Assembly: GCA_013239625.1 (NCBI GenBank)
Contig: MU053472.1
Coordinates: 2,949,822 to 3,013,821 of the forward strand
Source of the DNA: Lama guanicoe
Lineage: Eukaryota
DNA: 64,000 nucleotides
Direction: 5' to 3'
Below, in pieces: positions 55,760 through 64,000 of the stretch. A program made the translations under genes and the position numbers. The notes beneath the pieces were generated by a model. The model was given only the letters and a program-made list of their open reading frames with translations. It was not told where the DNA came from and made no database searches. Position 1 is the stretch's first letter. Each line of letters begins with the position of its first letter.

Positions 55760-56550
55760 CCACAAACGATAAATGCTGGAGAGGTGTGGAGAAAAAGGAA
55801 CCCTCCTACACTGTTTGTGGGGATGCAATTTGGTGCAGCCACTCTAGAGAATAGTACAGAGGTTCCTTAAAAAACTAAAAATAGAGTTGCCTGCCATATG
55901 ATCCAGAAATCCCACTCTTGGGCATATATTTGGAGAAAACTCCAATTTGAAAAGATAAATGCACCCCAATGTTCACAGCAGCACTATTTACAATAGCCAA
56001 CACATGGAAGCAACATAAATGTCCATCAACAGAGGACTGGATAAAGAAAATGTAGTACACACACACACACACACACATATATACACACAGTGGAATACTA
56101 CTCAGCCATAAAAAAGAGTGAAACCATGCCATTTGCAGCAACATGGATGGACCTGGAGATTATCATACTAAATGAAGTAAGTCAGGAAAAGACAAGTATC
56201 ACATGATAACACTAATAGGTGGAATCTAAAAAAAATGAGACAAATGAACTTATTTACAAAACAGAAACAGATTCACAGACATAGGAAACAAACTTATGGT
56301 TACCAAAGGGGACAGGGGATGGGGAGAGGGATAAATTAGGAGTTTGGGGTTAGCAGATACAAACTACTATATATAAAATAGATAAACAATGAGGTCCTAC
56401 TGTTTAGCACGGGGAACTATATTCAATATCTTGTAATAACCTGTAATTAAAAAGAATATGTATTTACATATATATAACTGAATCACTATGCTGGACCCCA
56501 GAAACTAACACAACATTGTAAATCAGCTATACTTCAATTGAAAAAAAAAA
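55760..56550 (+). mobile_element. 5'-truncated L1 3' end
   Basis: ORF2 C-terminus plus 3'UTR plus poly(A); imperfect TSD aaagactgat/aaagattgat. Confidence 0.9.
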
Positions 56551-56564
56551 AAAGATTGATTCAG

Positions 56565-56910
56565 ATGCTGGGGCAGCAAAATTGTACTCTTATCTTTGGA
56601 ATTGCTAGTTACGAGACTAATGTAAGCCGGGGCTGTTTGGTGGCTGTCTTTGGTCCCTTATGGATAAAGACAGCCTGAAAAACGAAGCCACACAGAGAAA
56701 AACAGAAGTAAGAAGGAGGAAGCAAAGAGAATGGTAGAAGGAGAGATCTAATGATGTGATTTGCACTCTTAGATCCGATTTGGTTATGCTAGAAGCAGGA
56801 CCCGCTTCTTGGACCTCCCATTTCCTGAAGCCTAGGCATTTATTCTCTTCATGGCTAAAATTGGATTGAGCTGAATTTCTATCACTTACCATTAAAAGGG
56901 TCTGGACAGT
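56565..56910. mobile_element. MaLR (MLT1-like) LTR
   Basis: ttgagctgaatttctatcacttacc...aaaagggtct end motif; similar pieces at ~53265-53830 and ~58600-58930. Confidence 0.55.
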
Positions 56911-58309
56911 CAAAAACCAACAATCCAGATTCATGGAACCTTGTGGCACTATCCCTAGCCCTGGTTACCACAGGAATACTGACCAGAGGTAAGCGTTATT
57001 CATTTTTTTACTTTGTTAGTGGACATTTGAGAATCAATTTTGTGTTACACTTTTTTGCCTCCATTTTCTACTTGTTGCAATTGCATGCAATGAGGGCACA
57101 TTCAATAGCCTGTCTTTTGGGGTTTTTTTTGTTTTTAAATGGAGGTACTGGGGATTGAACCCAGAACCTCATACATCCATTCACATCTTAGGTAGAAATT
57201 GGATGTTCTACAGTGATCCCATACTTCTTTCCTCTCCAATTTCCATCTTTTGGGGTTTTTTTTCCTTCTTTTTGGAAGATTCTTCAACTTTATCTTCCGA
57301 ATCATTTATTAAAGTTTTTGCTCCTGCTACAATATTTTCAATTTCCTGAGTGCATAGTCACCTTTATCTCTCTGAGAATGTTTCTAATAGTTTTATTTTC
57401 GATGCTTTCTTTTGCTTCTTGCATTAGCTCAATGCCTCTAATTGTCTTTGTCCTGTTTACTTGTTTTGGGTCTCTGTTTTTCCTGATGAGAACGTTCTTT
57501 CTCACCTATTCATGTTTAGCCCCATAACTGAAACTTAAATTTTTATTTTAAAAGCAGTGATAGCTTAACATTGATGGTATGCTATTTAATAGCTGCCTCT
57601 ATTTTAGATGGAACTGCATTTTTAATGAAACCATTCTCAGTGCATTTTTTGATCCTTTAAACAGGAAAGACAACTTGAGGGTCAAATATTCATCTAATGA
57701 GTTTGATGGAGCCAACTAAGATAATTGAGCTCCATAGGAAAAAAAATAACTTAATCTGTTTCTCACTTAGCTAATTCAGAAAGCTGACGATCACTTGTCT
57801 ACTGTAGCTACAGCAAAAAAGTCCAGACTGAATTCATCCTTCTTGGAGGAAAAAAATGTTATAAATTTTACTCAGAACTCATATTTTAAAATGTCATTAA
57901 TTATACAAAATAAACTGAAGTGGCTTTATCTATACTGATTTCAAGATTATCTCAGCGTGAATAAAGATTTATTACAGTGTTTCATTATTGATACTCACTT
58001 ACTTATATGAAGTTAATATATTCACAGCATAGTCTCTCAGGCAATAGTTAAAATAAGAAGAAATAGCTCGCCAGATAAAATATATATTAAAACGGGAGAC
58101 TGTTGCAGAACCCAAAGTACATCTTTTCATAAATATAGATTTATTCAAAAATTTTCTCTCTGGAGATTTCAGATTAAATTAAATTTAACCTTAAATATGG
58201 GAGAACTTATATACATGGAAGATTAAAATTTAATGTTGAGTTAAAATTACTGTATATTACATTTACAATTGGAATAACTTGAACTGGCTAGAAAAATAGA
58301 TGATGATAA

Positions 58310-58505
58310 TAGAAAAGGTAGCATTTATTAGGTGCTTACTATATGCCAGATACCCTTCCAAGCATTCTATACGTTTCTCACATTTAATATTCACAACAAC
58401 TCTTTGAGACAGGTACTATTATTAGCCCCATTTTATAGATAAGAAACTAGTAAGTTGTGGAGCTGGGACTGAACTTAGGCAGCTGAATTCCAGGGCTCGC
58501 CCTTC
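58310..58505 (+). mobile_element. MIR SINE
   Basis: Core cccattttatagataagaaact; other MIRs at ~19880, 34180, 38700, 44740, 58960. Confidence 0.8.
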
Positions 58506-60011
58506 TCAGTGACTCCCTTCCTCCCTTGCGTGCAGCACTAGTAAAGCAGAGAGAATTTAGAGAAATAACAGACAACTTCCCCAACTTCCAGTGGGTATCG
58601 ATTAGCATTCTTTGGTTGCAAGAAATAAAAACTAATTTTGGCAACTCAGGCGGAAGGGAGTTTATTGGAAGTTATGTGACAAACTTACAGAATCCATGGG
58701 AAGGCTGGAAAAGCAGGCTTGGATACCAGTTCGAAACAGGGCAGATCTGGAGGGTCGGGGCAAGAACGCAGGAAAAGTTTGTGGCCCTGGTGGTCTGTCA
58801 GGATACCCCATCCATTGGGATGCACTAACTCCAAACATTTGCAGCCTTTTTTTCCCCTGTGACTTGGGACAGGAGTTGCAGGGTGGGAGTGTTTAATTGG
58901 CCAAGCTTGGCCCAACTTGGATCAGGGAAGATTTTTGTTAGTATCTCAGAAGATTGCATCCAGTGGAGAAGAGGTTACTAATATGAGAGCCAGACTTCTG
59001 GAGTTTAATATTAGCTTTATCACTTACTTAGTGGATGACATTGGTAACTTATTAATCTCTCTTGGCCTCACTCTGTACACTCGTGAAACAGGTTTAAGAA
59101 TAGTCTTGATCTCTTAGGGTTGTATAAGAAATAAGCAAACTAATACACATGAAACTCTTAAAAGAGGACCTGGCACGTGGAAAGCCTAAAATAAATGTTT
59201 GCTTTGATTAGATCCAAAATTAAGTACAAACAGATTAATTAATTAGTAATAAAATAAAAGAAAAGGCAAAAAACTGGGTTTTTTTCCCCCTTCCTCTACC
59301 TCTCAAAAACTTTCAGGCTTTTTGATCAGAATGAAGACATGCCCCAGGAATGCAACAATACACTAGGAACACTGATCTTAATAATATTTTTCCATTTGTG
59401 TCTACAGTCTTTTATTTACAAAAATCTTCCTTCCTCTGAACTTGTGAAGATTTTTCATCTGGGCCCCCACACTGAGAATTGGTAAGCTTTTCGGTGGTTA
59501 AAAAAAGAAAAATCTAATGCCAGTAGGAACACAAAAATTTGTCTCTGGGGGTCACATTGTGTGGAGTTTTGTGCTAAAAACGAAAAGGGCTCCTAGGTGT
59601 TCCTTTGGGCTGGTCTGGGACATATATCTGTCAAAACTTTAAGTTATAAATGTTTCAACTTGGATATATTTGGAGAAACAAAAAAGATATGCATGACTCT
59701 GAAATATTAACTGTCATTGTAGGAACCTAAAAATCTCATTAGTTGAGATTAATTGAGGTGGGTAGTCAATAAGTAAACATTTATTTATTAAAAATTTAGG
59801 AATTAAAAAATTTAATAAAGGAAAATAGTTTATTATTACATAAAGTTCTCATTGTATCAGATAAGATCCATTCATAATTAGCAGCTTTTCTTACATGTGC
59901 CTCGTTATAGTGAGAAATTCAGAGAATAAGGAAAACGAACATATTTGTTCTTCTAATCTAAGTAGCTTAAATATCACTCTTCCAACATCATTTTCTTTAA
60001 AGGCTGTTCAA

Positions 60012-61035
60012 AGTGAAACCGACAAAGGCTTGATCTCCAGAATATATAAGCAGCTCATACAACTCAATAAGAAAAAAATAAACAACCCAATCCAAAAATC
60101 GGCAAAGACCTAAACAAGCAATTCTCCAAGGAAGACATACAAATGATCAAAAAGCACATGAAAAAATGCTCAATATCACTAATTATCAGAGAAATGCAAA
60201 TCAAAACTACAATGAGGTATCACCTCACACCAATCAGAATGGCCGTCATTCAAAAATCCACAAATGACAAATGCTGGAGAGGCTGTGGAGAAAGGGGAAC
60301 CCTCCTACACTGCTGGTGGGAATGCAGTTTGGTGCAGCCACTATGGAAAACAGTGTGGAGATTCCTCAAAAGACTAGGAATAGACTTACCATATGACCCA
60401 GGAATCCCACTCCTGGGCTTGTACCCAGAAGGAAACCTACTTCAGGATGACACCTGCACCCCAATGTTCATAGCAGCACTATTTACAATAGCCAAAACAT
60501 GGAAACAGCCTAAATGTCCATCAACAGGTGACTGGATAAAGAAGAAGTGGTATATTTATACAATGGAATACTACTCAGCCATAAAAACCGACAACATAAT
60601 GCCATTTGCAGCAACATGGATGCTCCTGGAGAATGTCATTCTAAGTGAAGTAAGCCAGAAAGAGAAAGAAAAATACCATATGAGATCGCTTATATGTGGA
60701 ATCTAAAAAACAAAAACAAAAACAAACAAACAAAAACAAAGCATAAATACAGGACAGAAATAGACTCATGGACAGAGAATACAGACTTGTGGTTACCAGG
60801 GGGGTGGAGGGTGGGAAGGGATAGACTGGGATTTTAAAATTGTAGAATAGATAAACAAGATTACACTGTATAGCACAGGGAAATATACACAAAATATTAT
60901 GATAACTCACAGAGAAAAAAATGTGACAATGAGTGTGTATATGTCCATGAATGACTGAAAAATTGTGGTGAACACTGGAATTTGACACAACATTGTAAAA
61001 TGATTATAAATCAATAAAAAATGTTTAAAAAAAAA
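60012..61035 (+). mobile_element. Young 5'-truncated L1 (ORF2 C-terminus with CCHC knuckle, 3'UTR, poly(A))
   Basis: Open 187-aa ORF 60143-60706 ([18 protein letters not shown]); perfect TSD AAAGGCTGTTCAA at 59999-60011 and 61036-61048. Confidence 0.95.
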
Positions 61036-61320
61036 AAAGGCTGTTCAAGAGTTAAGCGTTGTTCCAGTCTAGGTGACGTGATCACAAATTGTAAAAAGGG
61101 GGAATTAAGCTGTCAAGACTGTTACCTATGTCAGGAGATGACAAACCATGTTCGTCTAGGTCAGCCCCAGCGTGTCATGGGCAGCTGCGAGGAGGGCTGT
61201 GTTGAGCAGCGTTTTGAGGCGCCACTCAGGGTCAAGAGCTATGATCAAGCAGTGGTTTGTGCCAAGCTGGGCAGGAAGATATGGGGCCATTTTAGCCAGA
61301 AGCTGCTGTCCATTTGAGGG

Positions 61321-61367
61321 CTTAGATCTTACAGAACTTAGATCTTACAGAACTTAGATCTTACAGA
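61321..61367. repeat. 16-bp tandem repeat x3 (CTTAGATCTTACAGAA)
   Basis: Perfect copies starting 61321, 61337, 61353 (last lacks final A). Confidence 0.95.
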
Positions 61368-62777
61368 GGGAAGCATGGAGTAAAAGAAGTGAAAATATGT
61401 GCACAAGCCAAGAAAAAGAAGCATTTGGAGTGTAAAAAGTAAAAAAAGAGGAACTGTGAAGGGACAGAAAACTGAATGAGGAAAAGAGAAAGGATACAGT
61501 AGCTAATTTTGATGTGTAAAGCACGGAGAAAATGATAGGGGTATTCAAATTTCCCTATCAATGGAGTAGTGGGCAAAAGAATACACTCTAAGGTACTATT
61601 GTTTTAAAGGTATAATTCTTTTTTTTTTATTATGAAAGTATTTTGTGATCATTGTAAATTTTCAGAAAATGAAGGAAAAAAATCTTCACCTAAAATCCAG
61701 CCGTTCTGCAGGCATCAGTCTGCTTGAGAATGTTTTTGAGAGGAAGGCAGATGAAGGCAATGAGGAAGCAGTGGTCAGATGGGGACAGCAGCCTAAATCT
61801 CTAAAACATCTCCAGCTGAAGTTTCCACCCAAAGGCCACCAGGAATACAGCCACTGTCAAAGTAGGTTAGGTTTACAAGCTCACTGCTGCAGCAAGGGAG
61901 AATGCGCGAAGGAGAACACGCCAAGATCTGGGAGTGTCTAGGTAAAGGAGTTGGAAGGGTCTTGTCAGGATTCGGACTTGGGCTGGATGATCTGGAGAGA
62001 AGCAAGGGTTTGTTCCAGATTGAGTTCTGTTAGGAAGCAGGGGCAAGTCAATGACTGGGGACCTGAGTTTTCACCTAGGAAGCTGGAGTCACTCATGTAA
62101 CTGCAACAGGGGGGGTGTTGGATACTTCTGTGGTTGTTTAATGCCGATATTTCGGTCCATGTTCAGATATGATCATGGTGTGGTCTTGTTATTGTCTTGT
62201 TCCACAGTCAGAGTGAACTTGTCTGATAACTGTTACTCTGTGAAACTGTCTGTCTTCAGTGGGGAGACACTGTGGTCAGCTATTAGCTGTCAGGGCCATT
62301 CCACCCCCCCACCCCCCACTTTCTCAACCAGTTGTTAATCTTGGATTCAGAACTGCGCTTGAGTTTCCACGTGGGGCTCTAGAAACCAAGGTGACAAAGT
62401 GGGACCAAGAGGATGGAAGATGGGTACCCCCCCCCTGCTTCTATATAGTCATTGCCATGTAGCACTTTGCTGCTTCAGAAATGCTCTTGGCCTGATGGCT
62501 GCATCCTCTCCAGGGCTGGGGGAAGGGGTGAGAGGGAGCTGCTGCCCTCTAATGGCTTCTCAAGGAATTACATCAGTGACAATATTCCGCAGCTAAAGCA
62601 GAGGCTTCTGGAGGTCTTCCAGGAAGGGCATAACAGAAGGAAGGCAGATTTGCCTGGAAACAAGAGGCAGTCAAAGTTCAGATACTAAATGTGACCGCAT
62701 CAGTATTCTCAGCTTGGTGAAACCTGTAGAAATATGGATTATATGAATTGTAGGTTTTCAATAAGGACGTATTGCTT

Positions 62778-62898
62778 GGGGTGGGGGGTATTGCTCAGTG
62801 GTAGAGCACGTGCTTGGCGCACACGAGGTCCTGGGTTCAATCCCCAGTGCCTCTGTTAATGACAAAAACATTTTTAAGTAAAAACAACTTTTTTTAAA
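62778..62898 (+). mobile_element. tRNA-derived SINE (Vic-1-like)
   Basis: A box TTGCTCAGTGG, B box GGTTCAATCC, TSD. Confidence 0.9.
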
Positions 62899-63134
62899 AA
62901 GAACATATTGCTTTTCCTAATTACCTCCTTCCTCCCCCAAAAAAGAACATATTACTTTTATAATCAGAGAAGGTAGATATATAGGATAAAAAAATTAGAA
63001 TTTAAACATTTACGTTGGACTGAAAAACAAATGTGACCTAGAAACGCAGAATAATTAAAGATGAGGGGGTTAGAAAACTTTAATATCAAGGGTTATATAA
63101 ATAAAGGTTAAAAGTTGACTTAAGTTGGGGAGGA

Positions 63135-63770
63135 TCTGAGAAATTGGAACCCTTGTGCATTGCTGATGGAAATGTAAAACAGTTTAGTTGTTGTGGAAAA
63201 CAGTAAGGCAGTTCCTCAAAAAATTAAACATAGAATTACCATATGATCCATCAATTTCACGCTTAGGTATGTACCCAAAAGAATTGAAAGCAGGGACTTG
63301 AACAGATATTTGTACACCCACATTCACAGTAGCCAAAAAATAGAAAAAAGCCAAATGTCTATCAACAAACGAATGGATGAACCACATGAATATACGTACA
63401 AAGGAATATTATCCAGCCTTAAAAGGGAATGAAATTCTGGCATATGCTACCACAAGGATGAATCTCGAGAGCATTATGCTAAGTGAAATAAACCAGACCC
63501 AAAGCACAAATACCGCATGATTCCATTCATAGGCGGTACCTAGAATAGGCAAATTCATAAAGACAGAAAGTATAAAAGATGTTACCAAGGACCGAGAAAG
63601 AGAGAACGGGGAGTAACTGTTTAATGAGTAGAGTTACTGTTTGGGATGATGAAAAGTTCTGAAAATAGATAGTGTGATGATTACACAGGACAGTGAATGT
63701 ACTTAATGCCACTGAATTGTACACTTAAAAGTGGTGAAAATGATAAATTTTATGTCATGCATATTTTATG
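63135..63770 (+). mobile_element. L1MB-like 3' fragment
   Basis: gagaaattggaacccttgtgcattgc... through 3'UTR. Confidence 0.88.
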
Positions 63771-64000
63771 TAAGTATTTTCAATTTATTACCTTATTTTT
63801 AAAGAAATACAAAATGTTCCTTTTGCTTGCTTTTTTTAAAAATTGTTTTTTGGACTTTGCTGGATGATTTTTATTACACAAAAGTACATCTAAGGGCTTT
63901 ACTATTATATACTTTAAAATAAAGTTACAATTTCATGGCTGTAGGCACAAATTCTTTGGATTTTTCTTATGGCCAGATGAAATTAAATTGAAGGCTGGAG

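Noticed and set aside
60143..60706. 187-aa ORF as a host gene
   Set aside because: It is the L1 ORF2 C-terminus inside a 5'-truncated TSD-flanked element
61321..61367. CRISPR-like repeat array
   Set aside because: Head-to-tail repeats with no spacers, in mammalian DNA, with no cas genes

Overview
Mammalian genomic DNA, very probably camelid (alpaca/llama/camel), judged from many tRNA-Ala-derived Vic-1-like SINEs. The left half holds the 5' part of DHX40 (DEAH-box RNA helicase) on the minus strand: a CpG-island promoter at ~32.3-33.1 kb and 12 coding exons. All have GT-AG junctions and a continuous frame (1582 nt, ~527 codons, helicase motifs I-VI). The remaining 3' exons lie beyond position 1. 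The right half (33-64 kb) is repeat-rich upstream DNA with no recognisable protein-coding gene (L1, L2, MIR, CR1, MaLR/ERV LTRs, hAT MITEs, a pogo-like relic, a young L1 fragment). I found no new multi-gene system. The most interesting signals are small-scale: a 31-bp exact inverted templated copy of a neighbouring SINE head; an orphan TSD-flanked poly(A) insertion; a very weak DHX40 start context followed by a better-context 40-aa alternative-frame ORF; an XBP1/CREB3-type promoter motif; inverted SINEs flanking exon blocks; and candidate cryptic exons. Repeat family names and most repeat boundaries are by eye and approximate.
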